Shown: positions 10,014 to 20,756, counted from the stretch's first letter. The stretch: DNA of 64,000 nt from Caproicibacter sp. (GCA_036741535.1 DAINSB010000001.1:1503-65502); one strand, 5' to 3'. The notes: generated by a model from the sequence alone, not told the origin. Program-made: numbers and translations.

Positions 10014-10415
10014 CTAATGGATGTAATTTTTCAATTCCGAATCCATTTTCTGAATATGATTCAGCAGCCAGTTCATCAGGAAATAATTCGTCTTTGAAAT
10101 GGTCGCGACCGTGACCCCGTTGTTTTGAACGTCGTTTCTCAATTTCGCGATCTCGGACTTGAAATACTCGTGCATGGCTTTGTGCTCGGCAATCTTCGGG
10201 TAGGTGCTTTTGCGCTGAAGCGCCTCCTCATCCCCGAAGTGCTTGATTGTGTACTGTTCGAGGAATCCGATCGTCTTCATGATCTCTTCCTTCCCCTTGC
10301 CCTTGCCGCAGGCGTCGAACAGGCGGTCGATCCTGTCGCAAAGCTCGCGGTGCTCCGCGTCGATCAGGGGGATCCCGATCTTCAGGTTGTCATTCCACAT
10401 CATAATCGATTTCAT
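10014..10415 (-). CDS. hemerythrin-like metal-binding protein (bacteriohemerythrin)
   Basis: Start MKSIMMWNDNLKIGIPLIDAEHRELC with RBS GAGGAAAGGG. H..E / H...H / H....D spacing typical of hemerythrin. Confidence 0.85.
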   Translation of the reverse strand: MKSIMMWNDNLKIGIPLIDAEHRELCDRIDRLFDACGKGKGKEEIMKTIGFLEQYTIKHFGDEEALQRKSTYPKIAEHKAMHEYFKSEIAKLRNDVQNNGVTVATISKTNYFLMNWLLNHIQKMDSELKNYIH

Positions 10416-10431
10416 CCCTTTCCTCGAATTG

Positions 10432-11826
10432 TTAAAACTCGGCCGACCCGGTCGTCCTCGGGAACGGCAGGACATCGCGGATATTGGAAATCCCCGTCAG
10501 GTACATGACCATCCGCTCGAAGCCGAGCCCGAATCCGGCGTGCCTGGTTCCCCCGTAGCGGCGCAGGTCCAAATACCACTGATAGGCGTCGAGATTCATG
10601 CCGAGTTCCGTCATCCTGGCGGTGAGAACGTCGAGCCGCTCTTCGCGCTGGCTTCCGCCGATGATCTCGCCGATCCCGGGCACCAGGAGGTCTACCGCCG
10701 CCACGGTCTTTCCGTCGTCGTTCCGGCGCATATAAAACGCCTTGATGTCCTTCGGGTAATCCGTGACGAAAACGGGGCTGCCGAAAATCCGTTCCGTCAG
10801 GTATTTTTCATGCTCCGTCTGAAGGTCGATCCCCCAGGAGACGGGGTATTCAAATTTCGCCCCGCTCTTTTCCAGCATACGGATGGCTTCCGTGTAGGTA
10901 ACGCGGGCAAAATCGGAAGAAACGACGTGGTTCAGGCGGTCGAGCAGCCCTTTGTCCAGAAAGCGGTTGCAGAACGCCAGGTCGTCCGGGCACCGTTCCA
11001 GGACGGACCGGATCACGAACTTGATCATAGCCTCCATCAGCGAGATGTCGTCGTCCAGATCGGCGAACGCAATCTCGGGCTCCACCATCCAGAACTCGGC
11101 GGCGTGGCGCTGCGTGTAGGATTTTTCCGCGCGGAAAGTCGGCCCGAACGTGTAGACCCGGCCGAAAGCCATCGCAAGACTCTCCGCCTCCAACTGGCCG
11201 GAAACCGTCAGCAGGGTGTGCCTGCCGAAGAAGTCCTGCGAATAGTCCGTTTTCTGGTCCGGCGTCTTCGGGACGTGGTCCAGATCGAACGAAGTGACGG
11301 TGAACATCTCCCCCGCCCCCTCGCAGTCGTTTCCCGTGATCAGCGGGGTATGCACGTAAATGAAATTCCTCTCCTGAAAAAAGCGGTGGATGGCATACGC
11401 TGCGGCGGAGCGGATGCGGAAGGCCGCGCTGCCCAGGTTCGTCCGCCCGCGCAGATGGGCGATGGAACGCAGATATTCGGGGGAATGGCGCTTCTTCTGG
11501 AGCGGATAGTCCGGCGTCGACGCGCCTTCCACAACGATTTCGGAGGCGTGGATTTCAAAAGGCTGTTTGGCCTGAGGGGTCGCCGTAAGACGGCCGGTGA
11601 CGGACGCCGCCGCGCCGACATTGAGCTTTGTGATCTCTTTGAAATTCCCGACGCGGCCGTCCTCGAAAACGATCTGAATTCCACGAAAGCAGCTCCCGTC
11701 GTTCAAATCCATAAATCCAAACGTTTTGGAATCGCGGATCGAACGCACCCAGCCGCACACCGTGACCTCCGTCTGAAAGAACTGCTGCGGCTCCGCATAC
11801 AGGGTCGAGATCATCTGTTTCGACAA
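10432..11826 (-). CDS. asnS: asparagine--tRNA ligase
   Basis: 464-aa class IIb aaRS with an N-terminal OB fold and C-terminal [12 protein letters not shown] start 7 nt after GAGGAGG. Confidence 0.9.
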   Translation of the reverse strand: MSKQMISTLYAEPQQFFQTEVTVCGWVRSIRDSKTFGFMDLNDGSCFRGIQIVFEDGRVGNFKEITKLNVGAAASVTGRLTATPQAKQPFEIHASEIVVEGASTPDYPLQKKRHSPEYLRSIAHLRGRTNLGSAAFRIRSAAAYAIHRFFQERNFIYVHTPLITGNDCEGAGEMFTVTSFDLDHVPKTPDQKTDYSQDFFGRHTLLTVSGQLEAESLAMAFGRVYTFGPTFRAEKSYTQRHAAEFWMVEPEIAFADLDDDISLMEAMIKFVIRSVLERCPDDLAFCNRFLDKGLLDRLNHVVSSDFARVTYTEAIRMLEKSGAKFEYPVSWGIDLQTEHEKYLTERIFGSPVFVTDYPKDIKAFYMRRNDDGKTVAAVDLLVPGIGEIIGGSQREERLDVLTARMTELGMNLDAYQWYLDLRRYGGTRHAGFGLGFERMVMYLTGISNIRDVLPFPRTTGSAEF

Positions 11827-11876
11827 AGAAATTCCTCCTCAACAAAAATCAAGAATTAATCTTATTTTGTTATTCA

Positions 11877-11905
11877 ATTTTACAACATACCCGACCGTTT
11901 TTCAA
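11877..11905 (-). promoter_or_regulatory. sigmaA-type promoter of asnS
   Basis: Minus strand TTGAAA-17 nt-TAAAAT, about 50 nt upstream of the start codon. Confidence 0.6.
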
Positions 11906-11950
11906 GTAAAAAGGAGATTTTCGTTCGGCTGCAAAATTTGACGCCGGGGC

Positions 11951-11979
11951 TTGATTTTTCTGGATATGTTCGGTATAAT
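11951..11979 (+). promoter_or_regulatory. sigmaA-type promoter of tRNA-Ser
   Basis: TTGATT-17 nt-TATAAT, ending about 38 nt before the tRNA 5' end. Confidence 0.7.
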
Positions 11980-12017
11980 ATAAAAGCTGTCTGAAAAGAA
12001 GATTGTCATTGCCAGTT

Positions 12018-12104
12018 GGAGAGGTATTCTAATTGGTAAGGAGCCACATTGGAAATGTGGTGCACCGCAAGGTGTTGCGTGTTCGAGTCACGTCCTCTCC
12101 GCCA
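12018..12104 (+). tRNA. tRNA-Ser (anticodon GGA), class II with long variable arm, CCA encoded
   Basis: Hand-folded. Acceptor GGAGAGG/CCTCTCC. Anticodon stem CCACA/TGTGG with loop TTGGAAA. Variable hairpin GCACC-GCAA-GGTGT. T-arm GCGTG-TTCGAGT-CACGT. Discriminator G followed by CCA. Confidence 0.85.
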
Positions 12105-12110
12105 TAACGC

Positions 12111-12157
12111 AAAATCCCGGAAGCTAGCATGGATGCGGCTTCCGGGATTTTGCGTTT
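12111..12157 (+). terminator. rho-independent terminator after tRNA-Ser
   Basis: AAAATCCCGGAAGC...GCTTCCGGGATTTT followed by a T-rich run. Confidence 0.8.
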
Positions 12158-12263
12158 GTCTTGAAAAGGCGCTTCGTTTCTTAATTTACTTCTTACGTAA
12201 ATTTTTGCCCTTACATTATATTATTAAGTAATTCTCTTTTCTTCGGCATCTCGCCGCCCTCCC

Positions 12264-12398
12264 CTATTTTTCCTTCTCCCTGTCTCCTATTTCCCTTTCC
12301 ATCTGTTTCAGTTCCTCGAAAATCATCGCCTGATTTAATACAATAGCATTCAAATTTGCATTCATCCATTCGAGCTGCTGTTTTAGTTCTTTGTCCAT
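12264..12398 (-). CDS. 44-aa coiled-coil microprotein (hypothetical)
   Basis: MDKELKQQLEWMNANLNAIVLNQAMIFEELKQMEREIGDREKEK. GGAGG lies 9 nt upstream of the ATG. Downstream of the FlxA-like gene. Confidence 0.5.
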   Translation of the reverse strand: MDKELKQQLEWMNANLNAIVLNQAMIFEELKQMEREIGDREKEK

Positions 12399-12505
12399 CT
12401 TCCTATGCCTCCAAAAATATTTGCCAAAAAGTGGCATAGTGAAAAGTATAACAAGAATAAGGCCCACCGGGCAACGAGTCCCGATGAGTCGGCTAGAGTA
12501 TTTAG

Positions 12506-12803
12506 CTATGCTTTTGCATCGAGTAAATTAGCCGTCGGTGCCGATTGTTCGGTATGTGCTGAACCCTCCGTTGTTGAAGAAAAATTACTCCCTGCTTGCT
12601 GGATCTGCTGTTCAATGCGAGAAATTCTTTGTTCCAAAGACCTCTCCTCGGTCTTCGTTACCTGAGTTGCTGTCCGCACCGCTTTCTTCTAGCTTTTCCA
12701 GTTGTTCCTCAAGCTTTTTTTCTTCCACTTTTAACTGGGAAATCTCCGAAGAACTACCTGTACTGCTATAGGCGTTTGAATTTGAAATCGCTGAAATACT
12801 CAT
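12506..12803 (-). pseudogene. FlxA-like small secreted/coiled-coil protein, apparently split by a 1-nt frameshift
   Basis: Frame 1: MSISAISNSNAYSSTGSSSEISQLKVEEKKLEEQLEKLEESGADS..., which stops at 12612. The adjacent frame continues as ..ATQVTKTEERSLEQRISRIEQQIQQAGSNFSSTTEGSAHTEQSAPTANLLDAKA* (stop at 12506-12508). RBS AAGGAAGGAA. Confidence 0.5.
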
Positions 12804-12885
12804 ACTATTCCTTCCTTTTTTATTCGTTGTTAATATATCGGCACATCCATAAGCTGTCTTATGAACGGCAGATGATAATTGCATG

Positions 12886-12922
12886 AAAAAAAATCTCCCG
12901 GCCGCCGTAAGGCAGCCAAGAG
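12886..12922 (-). terminator. orphan hairpin plus U-tract in the leader of the FlxA-like gene
   Basis: Minus strand CTCTTGGCTGCC-ttac-GGCGGCCGGGAG followed by ATTTTTTTT. No minus-strand gene lies upstream for it to terminate. Confidence 0.45.
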
Positions 12923-13047
12923 GACAAAGGGTGCACCGGAACATCGCCAAGCACATGACCGGCTGAAAGTAAACGGATTTTCCCGGCCCCGGAAGAACAG
13001 ATTCTTTTCCCCCGCGAACGGCACGGCGGACCGCTCTGAATGAGAAA

Positions 13048-13076
13048 GCCGATCTGCCGGATTCGGCCCGTTTTTT
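13048..13076 (+). terminator. orphan hairpin plus U-tract about 100 nt upstream of the MCP gene
   Basis: GCCGATC-tgccg-GATTCGGC followed by CCGTTTTTT. No plus-strand gene lies upstream. Confidence 0.4.
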
Positions 13077-13179
13077 ACAAGATCCAAACAGAAATTTAAT
13101 GTAATTGTGCTATAGTACGGCTGAATAGGAAGAGAAAACATATGGAATCAATAATCTGCCAGGAAACGGGGCATAAAAA

Positions 13180-14973
13180 ATGCACATTTCGGCCGGGAAA
13201 AAAGGAAGACAGAGCATCCAGATAAAGCTCGTATGTGCCGTGACGCTCCTGATGGTCGCGCTGGTATTCATCCAGTCCGTACTGTCCTACAGGAGCCTCG
13301 ACAGCGCCTACAACACGGCCATCGACGTACAGCGCAGCACGTTCGACACCGTGGCAAAATCCGAGGTGGAGAGCGTGCTTTCCGCGCTCTCCGCAAACTA
13401 TCAGCGGTTCAAGAACGGCGAGATCACGGAGGTCGAATCGTGGAACACGGCCAAATCCATCGTGCGCGACACGCGCTACGACGGCGGCAAAGGCTATCTG
13501 TGGGCCGACAAGGCGGACGGCACCTGCGCGGTGGATTACCGCGACGAAATGCCCGGTACACAGCGCGTCAACGAGAAGGACGGCCACGGGACTTATTACA
13601 TCCGGAACCTGCTGGCGCAGGGGGCGAAAAAGGGCGGCGGCTTTTCCAGCTACTACTACCCGAAACCGAACGGAAAGACGCCGGTGCTCAAGCGCACCTT
13701 CACGGAAAAAAGCCCGGAGTACGGCTGGTTCATCAGCACGGGGATCTATCAGGACGAGGTCACGGCGGCTCTGACAGGGTATCAGAGAGCCAAAAATACG
13801 GCGATGGCCTGGATGATCGTCTCGGGCGTGCTGCTCCTGCTGTTCGGCTGCGCGCTGATGCTGTGGATCGCCGCGGGCGTGACCGGGCCGCTGAAACAGA
13901 TCATCTCCCGCATGGAGCAGCTCGCAGGCGGAGACCTGCATTCCCCGGTGCCGAAAATCCGCACGCGCGACGAAACGCAGGCGCTGGCCGGCGCTGCGGA
14001 AACCATGATCGTGACGCTGCGCGGCGCCGTCGGGGGCGTGACCCGGCTCCTCACGGCGATGGCTCAGGGCGATTTTACCGACCAGACGGAACTTTCCTTC
14101 AAAGGCGATCTGGAACCGCTCGGCGCGGCCGTCCGGCAGATCTCAGATTCCCTGCGGGAATCGCTCACGGGCATTGAACGTGCCTGCGGGCAGGTGACGG
14201 CCGGTTCCGGGCAGGTGTCCGGGGTGGCGCAGGCGGTTGCGGACGGAACCGTGAAACAGGAGCAGGCCCTGCGCGAGCTGACGAATCTGGTGGAGCAGCT
14301 TTCGGACGGCGTCACCGACGCCGCGGGAAAGGCCGACGAGGCAAGCCGGACTTCCTCCGAGACCGCCCGCAGAGCGCAGGACGGCATCGACCGTATGGAG
14401 GAAATGATGAAAGCGGTCGAGCAGATCCGCTCTTCTTCCCTCGAGATCGGCAAGATCGTAAAAGTCATCGACGGCATCTCGTCCCAGACGAACCTGCTCG
14501 CGCTGAACGCCTCCGTGGAAGCCGCGCGCGCGGGCAACGCGGGCTTGGGGTTCGCCGTGGTCGCCCAGGAGGTCCGCACCCTTGCGGACCGGAGCGCACA
14601 GGCGGCCAAGGCCACGGCCCGGCTCACCGAAGACTGCCTGCACGCCGTCGAAAACGGCAGGGGCATCGCGGAGCAGACGCAGGAAGCCCTTACCGGGATC
14701 GCCAAAAGCGCGCAGCATTCCGCCACGCAGGTCCAGACGATTTCCAAGGGGGCGCTTCAGCAGAACGGAATGCTGCGGGTAATTTCGACGGACGTGGGCA
14801 GCATCTCGACGGTCGTGCGCACCAACTCCACCGTCGCCCAGCAGACCGCGGCGGCCAGCGAGGAGCTGGAGGAACAGGCCGTGGCCATGAAGAAAATGAT
14901 CGGATGTTTCCGGCTGAGAAAGGAAGGCTGGTCCGACGATGTCGTTCTAAAGCTTCCGGTGCGCGCGGAGTGA
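13180..14973 (+). CDS. methyl-accepting chemotaxis protein (Cache-type sensor, HAMP, MCP signalling domain)
   Basis: 597-aa ORF with two TM helices flanking a Cache-like ectodomain. Conserved hairpin region [19 protein letters not shown]. Confidence 0.9.
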   Translation: MHISAGKKGRQSIQIKLVCAVTLLMVALVFIQSVLSYRSLDSAYNTAIDVQRSTFDTVAKSEVESVLSALSANYQRFKNGEITEVESWNTAKSIVRDTRYDGGKGYLWADKADGTCAVDYRDEMPGTQRVNEKDGHGTYYIRNLLAQGAKKGGGFSSYYYPKPNGKTPVLKRTFTEKSPEYGWFISTGIYQDEVTAALTGYQRAKNTAMAWMIVSGVLLLLFGCALMLWIAAGVTGPLKQIISRMEQLAGGDLHSPVPKIRTRDETQALAGAAETMIVTLRGAVGGVTRLLTAMAQGDFTDQTELSFKGDLEPLGAAVRQISDSLRESLTGIERACGQVTAGSGQVSGVAQAVADGTVKQEQALRELTNLVEQLSDGVTDAAGKADEASRTSSETARRAQDGIDRMEEMMKAVEQIRSSSLEIGKIVKVIDGISSQTNLLALNASVEAARAGNAGLGFAVVAQEVRTLADRSAQAAKATARLTEDCLHAVENGRGIAEQTQEALTGIAKSAQHSATQVQTISKGALQQNGMLRVISTDVGSISTVVRTNSTVAQQTAAASEELEEQAVAMKKMIGCFRLRKEGWSDDVVLKLPVRAE

Positions 14974-15254
14974 CGCGATTCCCGCGCCCGAAGACCGCAC
15001 GGATGATTCCGCGTCTAGTCTAAATATTTGCGTTTTCCGACTTCATGTGCTATTCTTATCCTACATCCCGCGTTATGCCAAAAATCGGGAAGGGTCGGAA
15101 TGGCAGATCGCACGGACGGCAAGCTCCCTCTCCGACGGGCTCGGCGGCTGGTTCCTGCCCGTTTTTCTGGCGGCGCTGTTCGGCGGACTGGGTCTGAGCA
15201 TTTATAAAATGGCCAGATCCAGATAAAGGTCCGGAGCCCGGAACCTCCGCATCA

Positions 15255-15294
15255 AAAGATCCTCCGCGGCCCGATCTGCCGGCGGAGGATCTTT
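15255..15294 (-). terminator. terminator after the SPFH gene
   Basis: AAAGATCCTCCGC...GCGGAGGATCTTT. On the minus strand it is followed by TTTTGAT. Confidence 0.65.
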
Positions 15295-15327
15295 CTCATG
15301 ACATCGCTTTGATCCGTGCGAAACCGA

Positions 15328-16119
15328 TCATTTCTCGTCTGATTGAGGCGGGACGACGCTGCTGAAAGCCTTCATGAACTCCATCGGCAAGGGGAAGACG
15401 ATGGTCGAATTCTTTTCGACGGCGATTTCCGTCAGCGTCTGCAGATAGCGCAGTTGGAGCGCGGAAGGCGACTTCCGGATGACCTCGGACGCCTCGTAAA
15501 GCTTTGTGGCCGCCTGCGCCTCCCCTTCGGCGGCAGTCACCTTCGCCCGGCGTTCTCTCTCGGCCTCAGCCTGCTTGGCCATGGCGCGCTTCATGGAATC
15601 CGGGATCTCGATGCTGCGCAGCTCGACCGCGGTGATGATGATGCCCCAGGAGGACATCGTCTCCGTCAGCATCTGTTTCAAAATGGCATTGATGTTGTCC
15701 TTGCTCGTGAGGATTTCGTCCAGTTCGTGCTGACCCAGGACGGAACGCAGAGTCGTCTGCCCGAGCATCGTCGTGCTGCTGTTGAAATTGACCACTTTGG
15801 TGATGACAAGGACGGGATCCTGAATGTGATAATAGACGACCGCGTCCACTTTAATCGAAATGTTGTCCTTCGTGATGATCTCCTGCTGCGGCACGTCGAT
15901 CGTGCGCGTGCGCAGATCCACTTTGCGCACGATGTCGACGCCGAAGGGGATGCGGAATCTCAAACCCGGCCCCAGCACACCAATCACGTGCCCGAAACGG
16001 AAAACCACCCCGCGCTCGTATTCATTGATCACGACCAAAGAAAGACATCCGACGATCAGAATCAGGGCAACAATGCTAAAAAGCACAACCGTACCGTTAC
16101 TCATTCTTAACATCTCCAT
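15328..16119 (-). CDS. SPFH/band-7 (stomatin/prohibitin-like) membrane protein
   Basis: 263-aa ORF with an N-terminal TM helix, an SPFH core and an AEAERERRAKVTAAEGEAQA coiled coil. Confidence 0.85.
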   Translation of the reverse strand: MEMLRMSNGTVVLFSIVALILIVGCLSLVVINEYERGVVFRFGHVIGVLGPGLRFRIPFGVDIVRKVDLRTRTIDVPQQEIITKDNISIKVDAVVYYHIQDPVLVITKVVNFNSSTTMLGQTTLRSVLGQHELDEILTSKDNINAILKQMLTETMSSWGIIITAVELRSIEIPDSMKRAMAKQAEAERERRAKVTAAEGEAQAATKLYEASEVIRKSPSALQLRYLQTLTEIAVEKNSTIVFPLPMEFMKAFSSVVPPQSDEK

Positions 16120-16212
16120 TCTCTACAGAAGGAATACGAAACATGCGCCGGAAAAGGCCACAAATATTATATTCCAATCCCGGAAGCAATACAATCATTC
16201 CCCGGAAAGTAC

Positions 16213-16248
16213 AAAAAAGTTCTCCCGCTGCCTGTCAGACGGGAGAAC
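16213..16248 (-). terminator. rho-independent terminator after the lipoprotein gene
   Basis: Minus strand GTTCTCCCG-loop-CGGGAGAAC followed by TTTTTTG. Confidence 0.75.
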
Positions 16249-16260
16249 TTGCTCGGAACG

Positions 16261-16869
16261 CTAATTTTTTGCCGGCCCGCTCCTGCTGCCGGAACCGCCC
16301 AGGATCATCACCGACGACAACGCGCCGTCCTTCCCTTTCGAGACTCTCAGAATGGTGCCGACCTGAATCTCGGAGAGCGAAGCGGAAAGGCCGCCGGAAG
16401 AGGAGGCGTTTCCGCCGGATTGTCCCTGCTGCCCGGGCCTTCCGAATTTTTTGATCACGCCCGCATCCGAAATGGTGATCGTCTCGGTTTTCCCGGATAA
16501 CGTCAGCATGTCCGCACCCTGACCGGCCGGCCGGGAGCCCGAGGCGGCCCGGCTTCCGGCGGGCGGAATCCTCTCCGGACGCCCGCTGCCGGACGCGGCG
16601 CCCGACGGCCTGCTGTTTTTCAGCGTCCCGAGGGCCAGCGTGATTTTCGACCCGTCGACCGCGGTGACTTTCCCGAAGACCGCCGTCTGGTCGGCAGACC
16701 CGCTCGCCGCGCCGCCCGACGCTTCGCCGGCCCCCGCGGAAGCACCCGACGCGGAAGTACCCGACGCGACAGCCGCAGAGGAAGCAGTTTGCTGCGAACA
16801 CGCCGTCATGCCGATCAGGCAGAAAGCCGCCAGAAGAGAAACCGCCATGCGAATTCTGAACTTTTCCAT
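16261..16869 (-). CDS. low-complexity Ser/Gly/Ala-rich lipoprotein (hypothetical)
   Basis: Signal peptide with lipobox LIGMTAC. The rest is low complexity with two short beta-rich modules. Confidence 0.6.
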   Translation of the reverse strand: MEKFRIRMAVSLLAAFCLIGMTACSQQTASSAAVASGTSASGASAGAGEASGGAASGSADQTAVFGKVTAVDGSKITLALGTLKNSRPSGAASGSGRPERIPPAGSRAASGSRPAGQGADMLTLSGKTETITISDAGVIKKFGRPGQQGQSGGNASSSGGLSASLSEIQVGTILRVSKGKDGALSSVMILGGSGSRSGPAKN

Positions 16870-16964
16870 TTTTTATCTCCTTTTTGGTTATTTTACCCAG
16901 CCTACTGTAGACCGAATTTCTAAATACCAAATGAACCGGAAATAAAAAAAGGATGAGAACGACA

Positions 16965-18593
16965 TCAGTCGAGTTTCATCTGCTCGTTGTGTTTGGCCTG
17001 ATATTCCTTCGCCGCCGCGACGAGGCCGCGGAACAGCGGGTGCGGGCGGTTCGGGCGGGACTTGAATTCCGGGTGGAACTGGGACCCCAGGAACCACGGA
17101 CTGGAGGGAAGCTCCATCATCTCGATGATGCGGTTGTCCGGCGACCTGCCGCTGAACACGACACCGGCTTTTTCAAACTGCTCCCGGTACTCGTTGTTCA
17201 CCTCAAAGCGATGGCGGTGGCGCTCATAGATGAGCGGAACGTTGCCGTACAGCTTGGCCGCCTGCGAGCCGGCCAGCAGCTTGCACGGATATTTCCCGAG
17301 GCGCATCGTCCCGCCGAGCTGGACGACATCCTTCTGCTCCGGCATCAGGTCGATCACAGGATGCGTGCTCTGCGGGTCGAATTCCACGGAGTTCGCGTCC
17401 TTGAAGCCCAGGACGTTGCGGGCGAATTCCACCAGCGCAAGCTGCATGCCGAGGCAGATGCCGAGGAACGGAACGCCGTTGACCCGCGCGTAATGGATGG
17501 CGGCGATCTTCCCCTCGATGCCCCGCTGGCCGAACCCGCCCGGGACAACCACGCCGTCGACATCCGAAAGCACTTCTTCCACGCTCTGCTCTTCCAGCAG
17601 CTCGGAGTCCACCCATTTGATATTGACCTTCACCTTATTGCCGAAGCCGCCGTGCGTGAGGGCTTCCGCAACGCTGAGATAAGCGTCATGCAGCTCGATG
17701 TATTTTCCCACGAGGGCGATCGTCACGCTGTCGGTCAGAGACATCGCCGTGTTGACCATGGTGATCCAGTCGCTGAGGTCCGGGCCGTGCGTGTCGAACC
17801 CGAAGTGCTTGCACACAATGTCATCCAGGCGCTCGTCGCGCAGAGCGAGCGGGACCGCATACAGAAGCGGCAGGTCGAGGTTCTCGATCACGCAGTTCTC
17901 CGCGACATTGCAGAACAGGGCGATCTTCTTCTTGATGTCCTCCCCGACTTCCTTTTCGGAGCGCAGGACGATGATGTCCGGCTGAATCCCGATGGAAAGC
18001 AGCTCTTTCACGCTGTGCTGCGTGGGCTTCGACTTATGCTCGTGGGAACAGGCGAGGTACGGGACCAGCGTGACGTGGATGAACAGGCAGTTGGAGCGCC
18101 CGACCTCCGTCGCGAACTGACGGATCGCCTCGAGAAACGGCTGGCTCTCGATGTCGCCCACCGTGCCGCCGACCTCGATGATGGCGACATCGACGTTTTC
18201 TTTGCCCTCGTAGATGCGGGCCTTGATCTCATTCGTGATGTGCGGGATCACCTGGACGGTCCCTCCGCCGTAGTCGCCGTTGCGCTCCTTCTGGATCACG
18301 TTCCAGTACACGCGCCCGGATGTCACGTTGCTGTTCTGGGTCAGGTTCTCGTCGATAAAACGCTCGTAGTGTCCCAGGTCCAGATCGGTTTCGGCGCCGT
18401 CGTCGGTGACAAACACTTCCCCATGCTGAAACGGGTTCATGGTGCCGGGGTCGACGTTCAGGTACGGGTCGAACTTCTGCATCGTGATGCGCAGGCCCCG
18501 GGCCTTCAGCAGACGGCCGAGGGACGCCGCAGTGATCCCCTTGCCCAGTCCGGAAACCACGCCCCCGGTTACAAAAACATATTTAGCTGGCAT
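16965..18593 (-). CDS. pyrG: CTP synthase
   Basis: Start [20 protein letters not shown] after GGAGG. GATase motif GICLGMQ. Confidence 0.95.
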   Translation of the reverse strand: MPAKYVFVTGGVVSGLGKGITAASLGRLLKARGLRITMQKFDPYLNVDPGTMNPFQHGEVFVTDDGAETDLDLGHYERFIDENLTQNSNVTSGRVYWNVIQKERNGDYGGGTVQVIPHITNEIKARIYEGKENVDVAIIEVGGTVGDIESQPFLEAIRQFATEVGRSNCLFIHVTLVPYLACSHEHKSKPTQHSVKELLSIGIQPDIIVLRSEKEVGEDIKKKIALFCNVAENCVIENLDLPLLYAVPLALRDERLDDIVCKHFGFDTHGPDLSDWITMVNTAMSLTDSVTIALVGKYIELHDAYLSVAEALTHGGFGNKVKVNIKWVDSELLEEQSVEEVLSDVDGVVVPGGFGQRGIEGKIAAIHYARVNGVPFLGICLGMQLALVEFARNVLGFKDANSVEFDPQSTHPVIDLMPEQKDVVQLGGTMRLGKYPCKLLAGSQAAKLYGNVPLIYERHRHRFEVNNEYREQFEKAGVVFSGRSPDNRIIEMMELPSSPWFLGSQFHPEFKSRPNRPHPLFRGLVAAAKEYQAKHNEQMKLD

Positions 18594-18709
18594 AACGTCC
18601 TCCATCTTCAGTTATATTGAGTTCAGCACGACATTTTAAAACAATCAAAATTAATTTTACAGCAACCGGCATGGGGATGTCAAGGAAAAATCACAACGGC
18701 AGGCGCAAA

Positions 18710-19591
18710 TCAAGGCAGATATGCCGTGATCTCCGCCCTTTTGATCGTGACCGGGCTCAGAGGTTTGTCGCTGTCGTTCACGGCGACGGACGCGATCTCG
18801 TCGACGACATTCATCCCCTTGAAGACCTGGCCGAACACGGTATGGCCCCTCTCCGCAAGGTTGTAGGCGCCGTCGAGATACGGATTGCCGCCGTATTTCT
18901 CATAGAGCGCGCGGTACGCCGGCGTCGTCTTGTCCATATCGATCCAGCTTGTCCCGTACTGGGCCGTAAAATCGTCTACGCTGATTTTCGACTGTTTGAA
19001 AGCGGCATACGCCTTTTCAAAATTCGCCCAGCCGGCGAAAGAATCCGCACCGGCCTGGTCGATGAAGAACTGGCTGCCGTTGGTATCCGGACCGGAATTG
19101 GCCATGGCCACGGCACCCCGGACATTCAGAAGGTTTTTGTTGAATTCATCGGCGAACGGCCGGTTCCACAGACTGCTTCCGCCGGTGCCGTCCCCCTTGG
19201 GGTCGCCGGTCTGCACCATGAAATCCTTGATGACCCTGTGAAACGTGAGCCCGTTGTAATAGCCCTTCTTCATAAGGCCCTTGAAGTTTTCGACCGCTTT
19301 CGGCGCGGCGTCCGGGAACAGACGGATTTTCACCGTACCCAGGCTCGTCTCCAGCACGGCGATCTCTTCGCCCTTCGCCGGCGGGTCGAGCTGGTAGCCG
19401 ATCTTTTTGCCGTCGTCCGGCCGGACCCGCGCGTCCCCGGCCGCGCCGGAAGACCCGGTCGACAAAGCGCCCGACGCGGCGCCGGACGGCGAACCGTCCG
19501 AAGAAGAAGGCGGCCCGGCGCAGGATGCCAGCGAGGCGGCCGCGGCAAGGGCCAACACGGCGGAAATCACTCTTTTGATGCGGTTGCTCAT
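18710..19591 (-). CDS. cyclophilin-type peptidyl-prolyl isomerase lipoprotein
   Basis: Start MSNRIKRVISAVLALAAAASLASCAG (lipobox). Cyclophilin core FHRVIKDFMVQTGDP and GSQFFI. Confidence 0.85.
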   Translation of the reverse strand: MSNRIKRVISAVLALAAAASLASCAGPPSSSDGSPSGAASGALSTGSSGAAGDARVRPDDGKKIGYQLDPPAKGEEIAVLETSLGTVKIRLFPDAAPKAVENFKGLMKKGYYNGLTFHRVIKDFMVQTGDPKGDGTGGSSLWNRPFADEFNKNLLNVRGAVAMANSGPDTNGSQFFIDQAGADSFAGWANFEKAYAAFKQSKISVDDFTAQYGTSWIDMDKTTPAYRALYEKYGGNPYLDGAYNLAERGHTVFGQVFKGMNVVDEIASVAVNDSDKPLSPVTIKRAEITAYLP

Positions 19592-19770
19592 GAAAACGAC
19601 AGTTCCCCTTTTCGCATGTATTTTGATGCGGCACACAATGAGACTATTTTATCCTAGAATCCCGGCGGAATCAAGCGCAAAAAGTCACGCGGAATTTGAA
19701 TAATTCCGTCCCGAAGTATTACCTTGCGGCTCAATGCATATAGATAAACTGAAAATAAGGAGGGAAGAAA

Positions 19771-20706
19771 ATGTCCGAATACGATCCGGAAGGATGGAAT
19801 ATCGACACCCAGGAAAACCGTGCGGCCACGCAGAATTTTTCGTCGGTGAACGATGCCTGCCGGGATGCCAGGATTCTGGAGGGACGCGCCGTCGTCTGCG
19901 ACAGCGCGCACAATCTCATGGTGGACCTCGGCTGCATGAAGGGGATGATCCCGCGTGAGGAAGGGGCCATCGGCATCCGCGAAGGCACCGTGCGGGACAT
20001 TGCGATCATTTCCCGGGTCAACCACCCGGTCTGTTTTCTCGTGACGGGATTTGAAAAAAAAACGGACGGCAGCATCGTCGCCCTGCTTTCGCGCAGAGCC
20101 GCGCAGGAAAAATTTATCAAGGAGGCCGTATCCAGAATGCGGCCCGGAGATGTCATAAACGCTCGCGTCACCCACCTTGAAAATTTCGGAGCCTTCGCGG
20201 ACATCGGGTGCGGCGTGGTCGCCCTGTTGCCGATCGACTCGATCTCCGTTTCCCGCATCGACCATCCGCGGGAACGCTTCTCGGTGGGGATGGACATCCG
20301 GGCCGTCGTGAAATCCATCGCCAACGGACGCGTGACACTGAGCCACAAGGAGCTTTTGGGGACATGGGAAGAAAACGTCGCCATGTTTTCCGCCGGAGAG
20401 ACGGTAGCCGGGATCATCCGCTCCGTCGAACCCTACGGCATCTTCGTCGAGCTTTCCCCCAACCTGGCCGGTCTGGCGGAAACGAAGGACGACGTATACC
20501 CGGCTCAGCAGGCAAGCGTTTACATAAAGAGCATCCTTCCTTCGCGCATGAAAGTGAAACTCGTCATCATCGACACGTTCGACTGCGCGTACCGCCCTTC
20601 GCCGCCGAAGTACTTCTTCACAGGCAGCCATATGGACCGTTTCGTCTACTCGCCGCCGAACAGCGAAAAAAAAATCGTCACGGAATTCGCGGCAAATCCC
20701 CCCTAA
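19771..20706 (+). CDS. S1 RNA-binding domain protein (three degenerate S1 repeats)
   Basis: RBS AAGGAGGGAAG. S1 signatures GDVINARVTHLENFGAFADIG and GIIRSVEPYGIFVEL. Confidence 0.8.
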   Translation: MSEYDPEGWNIDTQENRAATQNFSSVNDACRDARILEGRAVVCDSAHNLMVDLGCMKGMIPREEGAIGIREGTVRDIAIISRVNHPVCFLVTGFEKKTDGSIVALLSRRAAQEKFIKEAVSRMRPGDVINARVTHLENFGAFADIGCGVVALLPIDSISVSRIDHPRERFSVGMDIRAVVKSIANGRVTLSHKELLGTWEENVAMFSAGETVAGIIRSVEPYGIFVELSPNLAGLAETKDDVYPAQQASVYIKSILPSRMKVKLVIIDTFDCAYRPSPPKYFFTGSHMDRFVYSPPNSEKKIVTEFAANPP

Positions 20707-20718
20707 ACCGGACATGAC

Positions 20719-20756
20719 AGCAGCGGACCCGCCCCCGACAGGGCGGGTCCGCTGCT
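20719..20756. terminator. 16-bp GC hairpin between convergent genes
   Basis: AGCAGCGGACCCGCCC-ccgaca-GGGCGGGTCCGCTGCT. The T-tract is weak. Confidence 0.55.

Noticed and set aside
11827-12017. T-box leader upstream of asnS.
   Set aside because: A good promoter lies only ~50 nt from the start codon. There is no specifier hairpin, T-box sequence or terminator/antiterminator.
13096-13941. 281-aa minus-strand ORF and the 314-aa alternative plus frame (13233-14177) overlapping the MCP gene.
   Set aside because: The MCP frame has TM, Cache, HAMP and signalling motifs. The others are Arg/His-rich with no motifs.
15047-15228. Possible small membrane protein ending ...GLGGWFLPVFLAALFGGLGLSIYKMARSR*.
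   Set aside because: There is no ATG in frame, only a GTG without an RBS. The overlapping ATG frame gives an Arg-rich 35-mer. The support is insufficient.
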